From an uncultured Rhabdothermincola sp. (GTDB lineage Bacteria > Actinomycetota > Acidimicrobiia > Acidimicrobiales > Acidimicrobilacustridaceae): 53,160 nt of DNA. Position numbers and translations under genes: made by a program. This document shows positions 34,458 to 43,155 of this stretch, in pieces. The notes beneath the pieces are model-generated. The model did no database searches and had not been told where the DNA came from. It was given only the letters and a program-made list of their open reading frames with translations. Each line of letters opens with the position of its first letter. Within the stretch, counting starts at the first letter, position 1. The stretch lies in NCBI GenBank assembly GCA_964485515.1, contig CAZALT010000004.1, positions 1-53,160 of the forward strand. The letters run 5' to 3'.

Positions 34458-36023
34458 ATGGGGACGCCACCCAACTCACCTGGTCTGGCCACCGCACCTG
34501 ACCTCGCCCTCGATGCCCGGAGCGTCACCAAGGTCTTCGGAGCGTCCCGCGCCCTCGACCACGTCGACATCGGTGTCCGTCGGGGCGAGGTCCACGCGCT
34601 CGTCGGGCAGAACGGGTCCGGCAAGTCCACCTTCGTGAAGATCCTCGCCGGCTTCCACCGCCCCGACGGCGGGGAGGCGACGTTCCACGGCAAGCCCCTG
34701 TCGCTCGGCGACTCAGAAGCCGCCGCCAGCGCGGGCATCCGGTTCGTGCACCAGGACCTCGGTCTGGTCGACGACCTCAGCGTCGTCGAGAACGTGGCGC
34801 TCGGCGTCGGCTTCGACACGAAGATGGGTCGGATCTCCTGGCGATCGGAGACGGCGAACGCCGACCGCGCCATCCGAGAGCTCGGCTACCGATTCGACGT
34901 CCGCGGCGTCGTCGGGGACCTCACGCCATCGGAGCGAGTCGGGGTCGGCATCGCCCGGGCGCTGCGCGGCTGGGAGCAGGAGCGCGGAAACGGTCTCCTC
35001 GTGCTCGACGAGCCGACCGCATCCATGCCGGCCGATGAGGTCCGGCGCCTCTTCGAGGTCGTCCGCGGCGTGCGCGACAGCGGCACCTCGGTCATCTACG
35101 TCTCGCACCGGTTCGAAGAGGTCTTCGCACTCGCCGACTCCGTGACCGTCCTGCGCGACGGCAAGGTCGTCACCACCCGTCCGATGGAGGGCCTCGACCA
35201 CGACGGGCTCGTCGAGCTCCTCCTCGGCCGCCGACTCTCCCAGGAGATCCGCGAGCACCAGCCGCACAAGGTGGCCGAGTCGGCACCGGTGCTCGCCACC
35301 GACGGGCTCGGGCACGGAGCGATCGAAGAGCTCGACCTGGAGCTGCACGCCGGCGAGGTCGTCGGCATCGCGGGCGTCACCGGATCGGGCCGCGAGACGG
35401 TGGCGCAGCTGCTGTTCGGGGCGATCAGCCCCGAGCGCGGCCGCATCCTGATCGACGGCGAAGCGGTGTCGATGGACGGACCGGCGGATGCCGTCCGTCG
35501 GGGCATCGGTCTCGTCCCGCCCGAACGCCGCCAGCTCGCCTCCATCCCGAGCGGCGTGCGGGAGAACCTCACGCTCGTCGACCTCAAGCCGTTCTGGAGG
35601 CGCGGTCGGCTCCGCCCGAAGGCTGAGCGGGTGGAGGTCCAGACGTGGATCGACCGCTTCTCCATCTCGCCGCCAGACTCCGAGGCGCCGATCGAATCGC
35701 TCAGCGGTGGCAACCAGCAGAAGGTGCTCGTCGCCAAGTGGCTCCGGATCAAGCCGCGGGTGCTGATCCTCGACGAACCGACGCAGGGCGTCGACGTCGG
35801 CAGCAAGGCCGACATCCACGATCACCTGCGCGACGCGGCATCGGCGGGCATGGCCGTCGCCGTGTGCTCGACCGATCTCGAAGAGCTCGTCGCCGTGTGC
35901 GATCGGGTGGTCGTGATCGTCAACGGGCGGGTGTCGAACGAGCTCTCCGGCGGCGGGCTCGATGCAGATGTACTCGCCGAGGAGATCCTCGCCTCGGCTC
36001 CACGAACGGGAGTTTCCGCATGA
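34458..36023 (+). CDS. CUT2-type (ribose/xylose-like) ABC transporter ATP-binding protein, tandem ABC domains
   Basis: ORF 34410..36023 trimmed to ATG 34458 (SD GAAGGGGA). Walker A GQNGSGKST, Walker B LLVLDEPT. Second domain has GVTGSGRE, LSGGNQQKV, ILILDEPTQGVD. Confidence 0.9.
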   Translation: MGTPPNSPGLATAPDLALDARSVTKVFGASRALDHVDIGVRRGEVHALVGQNGSGKSTFVKILAGFHRPDGGEATFHGKPLSLGDSEAAASAGIRFVHQDLGLVDDLSVVENVALGVGFDTKMGRISWRSETANADRAIRELGYRFDVRGVVGDLTPSERVGVGIARALRGWEQERGNGLLVLDEPTASMPADEVRRLFEVVRGVRDSGTSVIYVSHRFEEVFALADSVTVLRDGKVVTTRPMEGLDHDGLVELLLGRRLSQEIREHQPHKVAESAPVLATDGLGHGAIEELDLELHAGEVVGIAGVTGSGRETVAQLLFGAISPERGRILIDGEAVSMDGPADAVRRGIGLVPPERRQLASIPSGVRENLTLVDLKPFWRRGRLRPKAERVEVQTWIDRFSISPPDSEAPIESLSGGNQQKVLVAKWLRIKPRVLILDEPTQGVDVGSKADIHDHLRDAASAGMAVAVCSTDLEELVAVCDRVVVIVNGRVSNELSGGGLDADVLAEEILASAPRTGVSA

Positions 36024-37087
36024 CCGACCTGGATCACGGCGTGGCCGCCACCACCCCGGACCAAGCCCCCGACGACCGACCTGCGGGTTCGGCGGGAGAC
36101 GGCCAAGCCGCGAAGCCGCGCCGCTCGATCATCCAGACGTTGCGCATCGAGCAGCTGTCGGGGCTCTACGTGCTGGCCCTGCTCATCGTGTTCTTCGGGA
36201 TCACCACCGGCGACACCTTCCTCACCATGGCGACGTTCCGTGGCGTGCTCAGCGACCAGGCCATCGTCGCCGTCGCGTCGATCGGCCTGCTGGTCGCCTT
36301 CGCGGCAGGGGCGTTCGACCTGTCGATCGGCGCCGTGCTCGGCTGGTCGCTGGTGCTGGTGATCTGGCTGCAGAGCGAGCAGTCCATGAACCCGTTCCTC
36401 GCCATCGTGGTGACGATCATCGTCGGGTCCTTGATCGGCATCGTGAACGGCTTGGTGGTCGTGTTCTTGAAGGTGAACTCGTTCATCGCCACGTTGGCGA
36501 TGAGCTCGATCCTCGCGGCGGGCATCCAGTGGATCTCCGGCGGTCGGCAGCTGTCATCGCAGGGTGTGACCTCGACCTTCACCGATCTGGGCCGCTTCAA
36601 GATCTTCGAGTTCCCGATCCCGATCGTCTACATGGTCGTCGTCGCGGTCATCGCCTGGTACGTGCTCGAGTACACGCCGGTGGGTCGCTACCTGTACGCC
36701 ACCGGTGGCAACGAGCAGGCCTCGCGTCTCGCCGGCATCCGGACCCAGCGCTACATCTTCGGGTCGCTCGCTGCCTCGGCGACGATCGCCTCGCTCGCCG
36801 GCGTCTTCTTCGCCGCCCGAGTGGGATCGGCATCGCTCACGGTGGGACCGACCTTCCTGCTGCCGGCGTTCGCCGCTGTCTTCCTCGGTTCGACGCAGAT
36901 CAAGCCGGGTCGGGTCAATGTCTGGGGCACGCTCGTGGCGATCTTCCTCCTCGCCACGGGCGTGAAGGGCCTGCAGTTGATGGGCGCGCCCTTCTGGGTG
37001 GACAGCCTGTTCAACGGCATCGTGCTCATCGCTGCCGTCGCCCTTGCCGGTCTCCGGGGCAAGGGCGACGTGAAGAGGTCGATCTGA
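36020..37087 (+). CDS. CUT2-type ABC transporter permease (RbsC/XylH-like)
   Basis: ORF 35645..37087 trimmed to ATG 36020 (ATGA overlap). About 9-10 hydrophobic segments. GRYLYATGGNEQASRLAGI motif typical of this permease family. Confidence 0.9.
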   Translation: MTDLDHGVAATTPDQAPDDRPAGSAGDGQAAKPRRSIIQTLRIEQLSGLYVLALLIVFFGITTGDTFLTMATFRGVLSDQAIVAVASIGLLVAFAAGAFDLSIGAVLGWSLVLVIWLQSEQSMNPFLAIVVTIIVGSLIGIVNGLVVVFLKVNSFIATLAMSSILAAGIQWISGGRQLSSQGVTSTFTDLGRFKIFEFPIPIVYMVVVAVIAWYVLEYTPVGRYLYATGGNEQASRLAGIRTQRYIFGSLAASATIASLAGVFFAARVGSASLTVGPTFLLPAFAAVFLGSTQIKPGRVNVWGTLVAIFLLATGVKGLQLMGAPFWVDSLFNGIVLIAAVALAGLRGKGDVKRSI

Positions 37088-37233
37088 GGATCCGACCCCG
37101 CCCCGCGGCCACCCAGCCGAGCAGCCGGCCCGGAACCGGGCCACGATGCCTGCGGGGATGTACCGCGACCGCAAGTCACTCGAGCGAGATCACACCGAAC
37201 GAACACCAACTCACCAAGAAAGGAAGTCGACGA

Positions 37234-37794
37234 ATGATGCTCGAAGGCGCCGACCACGAGCTCGAGGCGCTGCTCAACGACCGCGCCATCCGCACCGTGC
37301 TGAACCGCTATGTCCGGGGGGTCGACCGGCGGGACGAGGCGCTGCTGCGCTCCTGCTATCACCCCGACGCCATCGACAACCACGGCACCTTCGTCGGCGG
37401 CATCGACGAGTTCGCGGTCTTCCTGCGCGAGGAGCTGCCCAAGTACCGCACGACGATGCACCTCCTCGCGCAGTCGACCATCGAGTACCTCGACGACGCC
37501 CAGACCGTCGCCGCGGTCGAGACGTACTCCATCGCCGTGCACCGGCTCGAGCGCGGACCGCAGGGCAGCAACTGGCGTGCCGGGTTCCGCTACGTCGACC
37601 GCTTCGAGCGGCGCAACCTCGATGGGGCTCGCGACGAGACGTGGAAGATCGCCGACCGCACCGTGGTGGGCGAGTGGATGGACATCGACGACGTCGACCA
37701 GCAGCGTCGGTTCCCCAAGGAGTTCGTGATGGGCCTGCCCGATCACGCAGACCCGATCTACGCGGTGCGCGGCAGCACCGCCGTCGGCCTCTAG
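37234..37794 (+). CDS. SnoaL-like / NTF2-fold protein
   Basis: ORF 35962..37794 trimmed to ATG 37234 (SD AAAGGAAG). LEALLNDRAIRTVLNRYVRGVDRRDEALLRSCYHPDA is typical of the SnoaL_4 / NTF2 family. Confidence 0.75.
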   Translation: MMLEGADHELEALLNDRAIRTVLNRYVRGVDRRDEALLRSCYHPDAIDNHGTFVGGIDEFAVFLREELPKYRTTMHLLAQSTIEYLDDAQTVAAVETYSIAVHRLERGPQGSNWRAGFRYVDRFERRNLDGARDETWKIADRTVVGEWMDIDDVDQQRRFPKEFVMGLPDHADPIYAVRGSTAVGL

Positions 37795-37813
37795 GAACCG
37801 GGAGACGATCGAG

Positions 37814-38863
37814 ATGGCATCACGTCTGGAGTTCGGACTCGCCGGCCTCGCCGCGCAGGACCCGACGACCGACCGGCACGGCGCCAACGCCGCGCTGCGC
37901 ACCGTCGTCCGAGCGGCTCGCGTCGCGGACCAGCACGGCTTCGACGCCGTCTGGACCTCGGAGCACCACGGTGCGCCCGACGGCTTCATCCCCGCCCCGA
38001 TGGTCCTGCTCAGCGCGCTGTCCCAGGCGACCGAACGAGTTCGCCTCGGCACCAACGTGATCGTCGCTCCCGTGTGGGATCCGATCCGACTCGCCGAGGA
38101 GACGGCGATCGTCGACCAGCTGAGCGGCGGGCGCGTCGACCTCGGCCTGGGCATCGGGTACATGGAGCACGAGTTCCGCGCCCTCGGCGCGCCGTACAAG
38201 GAACGGGCTCGATCGTTGGAATTGTCGGTGGCGCTCCTGCGGTCGGCGTGGGCGGGTGAGCCGCTCTCGGGGCTCGGAACGATGGATGCCGACGAGGCCA
38301 TCCGCGTGACGCCGCAGCCCCTGCAGGTGCCCGGTCCGCCCATCCTGCTGGGCGGCTTCGTCCGGACGGCGGTGCTGCGGGCTCGACGGCTCGGCCAGGG
38401 CTACCTCGGCCCGACCGTCGATCCCTCCGGCCTTGCCGAACGCATCGGTTGGCTCCTCGAGGACGGGCCGCTGCCCGGGTTCAGCGTGTCGGTCACCGCG
38501 TTCGCGTTCGTGTCGGCTGACGGCCAGGCGCCGCCGTCTCCTCCCGGAGCGGGATCGACCGGCGGTCACAACTTCGCCGCGCCACGACCTGATGGCGCCG
38601 GCAGCGCGGTCAACGTCGTCGGCACGCCCGACGATGCGGTCCGAGCCTTGACGCCGTTCGTCGAGCTGTTCGCCACCGTGCCCGACGACATGCCGGCCCA
38701 CCTCTGCATGTGCCTCCTCCAACCGACGGCCTCGGAGGCGGACAACCTCGAATCCGTGCGGTTGTTCGGCGACGAAGTGATCCCCGCGCTGCGCGAGATC
38801 GCGGCCGCAGGCTCGTCGGACCCGTCGGACCCGTCGCCCCCAGCCGGGACGGCAGCGGCATGA
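37814..38863 (+). CDS. LLM-class flavin/F420-dependent oxidoreductase
   Basis: 349 aa. GFDAVWTSEHHG, GTNVIVAPVWDPIRLAEE, SGGRVDLGLGIGY. Confidence 0.85.
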   Translation: MASRLEFGLAGLAAQDPTTDRHGANAALRTVVRAARVADQHGFDAVWTSEHHGAPDGFIPAPMVLLSALSQATERVRLGTNVIVAPVWDPIRLAEETAIVDQLSGGRVDLGLGIGYMEHEFRALGAPYKERARSLELSVALLRSAWAGEPLSGLGTMDADEAIRVTPQPLQVPGPPILLGGFVRTAVLRARRLGQGYLGPTVDPSGLAERIGWLLEDGPLPGFSVSVTAFAFVSADGQAPPSPPGAGSTGGHNFAAPRPDGAGSAVNVVGTPDDAVRALTPFVELFATVPDDMPAHLCMCLLQPTASEADNLESVRLFGDEVIPALREIAAAGSSDPSDPSPPAGTAAA

Positions 38864-40050
38864 CGGACGAGATCCTCGGACACCGGGACCGCTGTGCCAT
38901 CGCGGGCATCGGCACGACCGACTACTCGAAGGCGTCGGCCCGTTCCGAGCTGACGCTCGCCACGCAGGCCTCGCTCGCCGCACTCGACGACGCTGGGTTG
39001 ACGGCGGCCGACATCGACGGGGTCGTGCGCTGCGACCTCGACCGGGTGGCCCCCAACGACCTCGCCCACTCGCTCGGCATCCCGAACCTCACCTACTGGG
39101 GGACGACCACAACCGGCGGCGGTGCCCCCTGTGGCATGGTCGGCCAGGCCATCGGCGCGATCCTCTCCGGTCAGGCCACCGCGGTGATCGTGTACCGGGC
39201 GCTCAACGGGCGATCCGGTCAGCGCTACGGCCGGGGCGAGATCTCCGATGTGCCCGTCGGCGGCGGCGGGACCTACGACGAGTTCTTCGTGCCCTACGGC
39301 CTGGTTGCACCCGGGCAGATGTGGGCGATGCTCGCCCAGCGTCACGCCCACGAGTTCGGCACGACCGCCGAGCAGCTCGGTGCCGTCGCGCTGGCCTGCC
39401 GCACGCAGGCCAACCACAACCCCGGGGCGATGATGCACGATCGCCCGCTCGACCTGGAGACCTACCTCGCGTCGCGGATGATCTCGGCGCCGCTCCGGCT
39501 GTTCGACTACTGCCTCGAGACCGACGGCGCGTGTGCGGTCATCGTCACCACCGCGGAGCGAGCCCGCGACCTGCGCCAGCCCCCCGCGCTCATCCGAGGG
39601 GTCGCGCAGGGCATCCCCGCCGATCCGCAGGGCGGCGTCACCTACCCGTCGCTGATGCGCGAGAGCCTCACGTCTCTGCCATCGGCCGCGGTCGCCAAGA
39701 CGCTCTACGCCCGTGCCGGTGTCGGCCCAGAGGACATCGACACCGCGCAGTTCTACGACTGCTTCACGCCGACCGTGATCTTCCAGCTCGAGGACTACGG
39801 GTTCTGTGCGAAGGGGGAGGGCGGTCCCTTCGCGGCGAGCGGCGCCATCGACCGGGGCGGTTCGCTGCCCGTCAACACCAGTGGAGGCAACATGTCCGAC
39901 GGCTACATCCACGGCCTCAACCACGTCGTCGAAGGCGTGCGTCAGATCCGCGGCACCTCGACCGGGCAGGTGCCCGACGCCGAGACGTGCCTGGTCACCT
40001 CCGGCCTGCCCCTCCCGTCCAGCGCCCTGATCCTGCGAGGCGATCGCTGA
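38860..40050 (+). CDS. Thiolase-like protein, SCP-x / lipid-transfer (Ltp) type
   Basis: ORF 38710..40050 trimmed to ATG 38860 (ATGA overlap). IAGIGTTDYSK, FYDCFTPTVIFQLEDYGFCAKGEG, NTSGGNMSDGYIHGLNHVVEGVRQIRG. Confidence 0.85.
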   Translation: MTDEILGHRDRCAIAGIGTTDYSKASARSELTLATQASLAALDDAGLTAADIDGVVRCDLDRVAPNDLAHSLGIPNLTYWGTTTTGGGAPCGMVGQAIGAILSGQATAVIVYRALNGRSGQRYGRGEISDVPVGGGGTYDEFFVPYGLVAPGQMWAMLAQRHAHEFGTTAEQLGAVALACRTQANHNPGAMMHDRPLDLETYLASRMISAPLRLFDYCLETDGACAVIVTTAERARDLRQPPALIRGVAQGIPADPQGGVTYPSLMRESLTSLPSAAVAKTLYARAGVGPEDIDTAQFYDCFTPTVIFQLEDYGFCAKGEGGPFAASGAIDRGGSLPVNTSGGNMSDGYIHGLNHVVEGVRQIRGTSTGQVPDAETCLVTSGLPLPSSALILRGDR

Positions 40051-40451
40051 TGGCCGGCAGCGCGCCGATCCCCGTCATCGACGATGCGGACACCGGGGGC
40101 TTCTTCGCTGGGGCCGCCGCCCACGAGGTGCGGCTGTCCTTCTGCGCCGACTGCGACGCCGTGCTCCACCTGCCCACGGCGTACTGCCACCGCTGCGGCA
40201 GCTGGTCGACCGAGTGGCGGGCGGTGGCACCGACCGGAACGCTCTTCACGTTCACGATCATCGAGCACCAGGTGCATCCCGCGTTCCCGGCACCGCACGC
40301 CATCGTGCTCATCAGCCTCGATGAGGTTCCCGACGCTCGCCTGCTCGGTCACGTCGCCGGTCGCCCCGATCTCACGATCGGCATGGCGATGGAGGCGTAC
40401 TTCGAATCGCACGGTTCTGCGACCGTCCCCAACTGGCGGCCGCGATCGTGA
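40050..40451 (+). CDS. DUF35 OB-fold / zinc-ribbon protein (thiolase partner)
   Basis: ORF 39321..40451 trimmed to ATG 40050 (1-nt overlap). Zn ribbon CADCDAVLHLPTAYCHRCGS followed by an OB-like segment GTLFTFTIIEHQ. Confidence 0.85.
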   Translation: MAGSAPIPVIDDADTGGFFAGAAAHEVRLSFCADCDAVLHLPTAYCHRCGSWSTEWRAVAPTGTLFTFTIIEHQVHPAFPAPHAIVLISLDEVPDARLLGHVAGRPDLTIGMAMEAYFESHGSATVPNWRPRS

Positions 40452-40494
40452 CGACCCGAACTGCACGAGGACGACGACGAGCAAGGAGCGCACC

Positions 40495-41745
40495 ATGACC
40501 GATGGATCGTCGACCGCTGATCCCCGCGGTGCCGTCGGCGTGCTCGCCGGCATCCGCGTGGTCGAGGTGTCGCACTTCGCCTATGTGCCCTCGGCCTGCG
40601 CCGTGCTCGCCGACTGGGGCGCCGACGTCGTGAAGATCGAGAACCCCGCGACCGGCGACCCGATGCGGGGCGGCATGATCGGTGGCATCCCGCCGGGCTT
40701 CGGCGGGCTCACCTTCATGTGGGAGCTCACCAACCGCAACAAGCGGTCGGTCGGCCTCGACCTCAGCAGCGAGCAGGGCCGCGAGCTGCTGATGCAGCTC
40801 GTCGAGGGTGCCGACGTGTTCGTCACCAGCTTCCTCCCGGGTGTGCGCGCCAAGCTGCGCATCGGGGAGTCCCACATCCGAGCCGTGAACCCGACGATCG
40901 TCTACGCCGCCGGAACCGGCCAGGGCGCCCGCGGCGACGAGGCCGACCAGGGCGGCTTCGACCAGACCTCGTATTGGTACCGCTCGGGCGTGGCCTCGGC
41001 GCTGGTCGAGGAGGGAGAGTGGCCCCCCGACCTGCCCGGCGCCGGCTTCGGTGACGTCACCAGCGGCCTGGTGCTCGCGGGTGGGATCTCCGCCGCGCTG
41101 CTGCACCGCGAGCGCACCGGCGAAGGCATCGCCGTCGACGGCTCGCTGCTCGCGACGGGCATGTGGGCGATGGGTCCGAGCCTCGCCGCGACCGGCCTGA
41201 CCGGGAAGGAGGAGTTCCGCTTCCCGGGGAGGACCGAGACGACCAACCCGCTGGTCAACGCCTACCGGACCTCCGACGGTCGCTTCATCGGACTGTGCGT
41301 GCTGCGGTCCGACGCCTATTGGGTCGAGCTCTGCGAAGCCCTCGGCCATCCCGAGATCGGCGCCGACGAGCGCTTCTCCGACGCCGAGCTGCGTGCCACC
41401 AACGGCGCGGCGTGCGTGGCCGCGCTCGACGCCGCGTTCGCCGAAGGCACGCTTGCCCACTGGGTCGAGCGGTTGTCGACGCAGGGCGGACCGTGGGCGA
41501 TCGTGCAGCGCAGCGACGAGCTCCGACGCGACCCGCAGGTCGAAGCCAACGGCTACCTCCAGACGGTGGACTACGGCGACGGTCGGACGATCGACCTCGT
41601 CCCGTCGCCGATCCAGTTCGGCGGCGCCGCCCCCACCCTCTCGCCGGCACCCGAGGTGGGCGCCGACACCGAGGAGGTCCTGCTCGAGCTCGGCCTCGAC
41701 TGGGACGCCCTCATCGAGCTGAAGGTCCAACAGGTCATCAGCTGA
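40495..41745 (+). CDS. Family III CoA-transferase (CaiB/BaiF family)
   Basis: ORF 40084..41745 trimmed to ATG 40495 (SD AAGGAG). LAGIRVVEVSHFAYVPSACAVLADWGADVVKIE, NRNKRSVGLDL, catalytic-Asp region GFDQTSYW (approximate assignment). Confidence 0.9.
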   Translation: MTDGSSTADPRGAVGVLAGIRVVEVSHFAYVPSACAVLADWGADVVKIENPATGDPMRGGMIGGIPPGFGGLTFMWELTNRNKRSVGLDLSSEQGRELLMQLVEGADVFVTSFLPGVRAKLRIGESHIRAVNPTIVYAAGTGQGARGDEADQGGFDQTSYWYRSGVASALVEEGEWPPDLPGAGFGDVTSGLVLAGGISAALLHRERTGEGIAVDGSLLATGMWAMGPSLAATGLTGKEEFRFPGRTETTNPLVNAYRTSDGRFIGLCVLRSDAYWVELCEALGHPEIGADERFSDAELRATNGAACVAALDAAFAEGTLAHWVERLSTQGGPWAIVQRSDELRRDPQVEANGYLQTVDYGDGRTIDLVPSPIQFGGAAPTLSPAPEVGADTEEVLLELGLDWDALIELKVQQVIS

Positions 41746-41907
41746 GCGAGCGGTCGCTCGCCATCCGAACCCCGGCTGATCCGTCAGCCCGCGCCACCGC
41801 GTGACCCGCCTCGGCCCGCGGGCCGATGCACGGTCGCGCCCCAGCACCGGACCGAACGCGCACGCACCCCCCCCCTCAACCACCAGCACATGTAGGAGCA
41901 CACGAAC

Positions 41908-42684
41908 ATGGACATCAACGGCATCTCGGCCATCGTCACCGGCGGAGCATCGGGCATCGGCGAAGCCTGCGCCCGGGCCCTGGCCGCCCGCGGCGCCAAG
42001 GTCCTCATCGCCGACCTGCAGGAAGACCGCGGCAAAGCGCTGGCCGACGAGATCGGTGGGGCGTTCGCCCGCGCCGACGTGACCGACACCGCCGACGTCA
42101 TCGCCGCCGTCGACGCCGCCGCGGAGATGGGTCCACTGCGGGCGCTCGTGAACTCCGCCGGCATCGGGATCCCGGCCCGGACGATCGGGCGCGACGGCAG
42201 CTACGACTCGGCGTTGCCGCTCGACCAGTGGCGCAAGGTGCTCGACATCAACCTCACGGGGACCTTCGACTTCATCCGCATCGCCGCCACCGCGATGAGT
42301 CGGACCGAGCCGCTCGAGGACGGCGAGCGCGGTGCCATCGTCAACATGGCGTCGATCGCCGCGTTCGACGGCCAGATCGGCCAGGCGTCCTACTCGGCGA
42401 CCAAGGGCGCGATCGTCGGCATGACACTGCCGATCGCCCGCGACCTCTCGGCCATCGGGGTGCGGGTGAACACCGTGGCCCCCGGTCTGATCGACACGCC
42501 GATCTACGGCGAGGGCCCCGAGTCGGATGCGTTCAAGGCGAACCTCGAGAAGGACGTGCTGTTCCCCAAGCGCCTCGGGTTCAGCTCCGAGCTGGCGAGC
42601 ATGGCCATCGAGCTGATCGCCAACTCGTACATGAACGCGCAGACGATCCGCGTCGATGCCGGCACCCGCCTCGGCCCGCGCTGA
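41908..42684 (+). CDS. 3-hydroxyacyl-CoA dehydrogenase type II-like SDR
   Basis: 258 aa. [36 protein letters not shown]. Paralog of 21604..22362. Confidence 0.9.
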   Translation: MDINGISAIVTGGASGIGEACARALAARGAKVLIADLQEDRGKALADEIGGAFARADVTDTADVIAAVDAAAEMGPLRALVNSAGIGIPARTIGRDGSYDSALPLDQWRKVLDINLTGTFDFIRIAATAMSRTEPLEDGERGAIVNMASIAAFDGQIGQASYSATKGAIVGMTLPIARDLSAIGVRVNTVAPGLIDTPIYGEGPESDAFKANLEKDVLFPKRLGFSSELASMAIELIANSYMNAQTIRVDAGTRLGPR

Positions 42685-42690
42685 CCCTCG

Positions 42691-42797
42691 TCAGCCGGCG
42701 GTCGTGATCATCGGCGGTCGTGCTCAGTCGGCGGTCGTGCTCATCGGCGGTCGTGCTCAGTCGGCGGTCGTGCTCATCGGCGGTCGTGCTCAGTCGG
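42691..42797. repeat. Tandem repeat, 33-bp period (17+16-bp subunits) x 3.2
   Basis: tcagNcggcggtcgtgc / tcatcggcggtcgtgc alternate from 42691. The last partial unit contains the stop codon (42790-42792) of the minus-strand gene 42790..43095. Confidence 0.9.
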
Positions 42798-43095
42798 AGG
42801 AGGGGAGCGGCTTGGCCGACTTGAGCCCGACCGTCCGGCCGTCGGCGACGAGCGTGCCGGGCCCACTCGCGGAGCAGAGGAGCTCGAGCCCGCTGTCGGG
42901 GTCCTCGTAGCGCTTGCCGACGAGCAGCTCACCCGTGAGCTCCTCGGCGGCAGTGGCCGACGGCGTGTCGGCGCCGACCTCGCTGAGCGCCGCGCCGCCA
43001 CAGGTGAGATCGATCGGCTCGCCCGGCGCCCGCACCACGATCACCTGGGCGCTCGAACCGGGGCACGCCAATCTCGATCCGGGTTTCAGTTCCAT
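42790..43095 (-). CDS. Small hypothetical protein (101 aa) with an internal duplication of a degenerate zinc-ribbon-like unit
   Basis: ATG 43095 with AGGAG 10 nt upstream. Repeats LKPGSRLACPGSSAQVIVVRAPGEPIDLTCGGAAL and LLVGKRYEDPDSGLELLCSASGPGTLVADGRTVGL. Driven by motif copy H. Confidence 0.55.
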   Translation of the reverse strand: MELKPGSRLACPGSSAQVIVVRAPGEPIDLTCGGAALSEVGADTPSATAAEELTGELLVGKRYEDPDSGLELLCSASGPGTLVADGRTVGLKSAKPLPSSD

Positions 43096-43155
43096 CTGGG
43101 GATGCTCCTGGGAAGGTAGGCCTGCGAGGGGACCAGTCGGGTCTTGCCGAGAGGC

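Noticed and set aside
42691-42797. Could the tandem arrays (42691-42797 and 9332-9387) be CRISPR?
   Set aside because: The repeats are directly adjacent with no unique spacers, the periods are 33 and 14 bp, there are only 3-4 units, and no cas genes are present.
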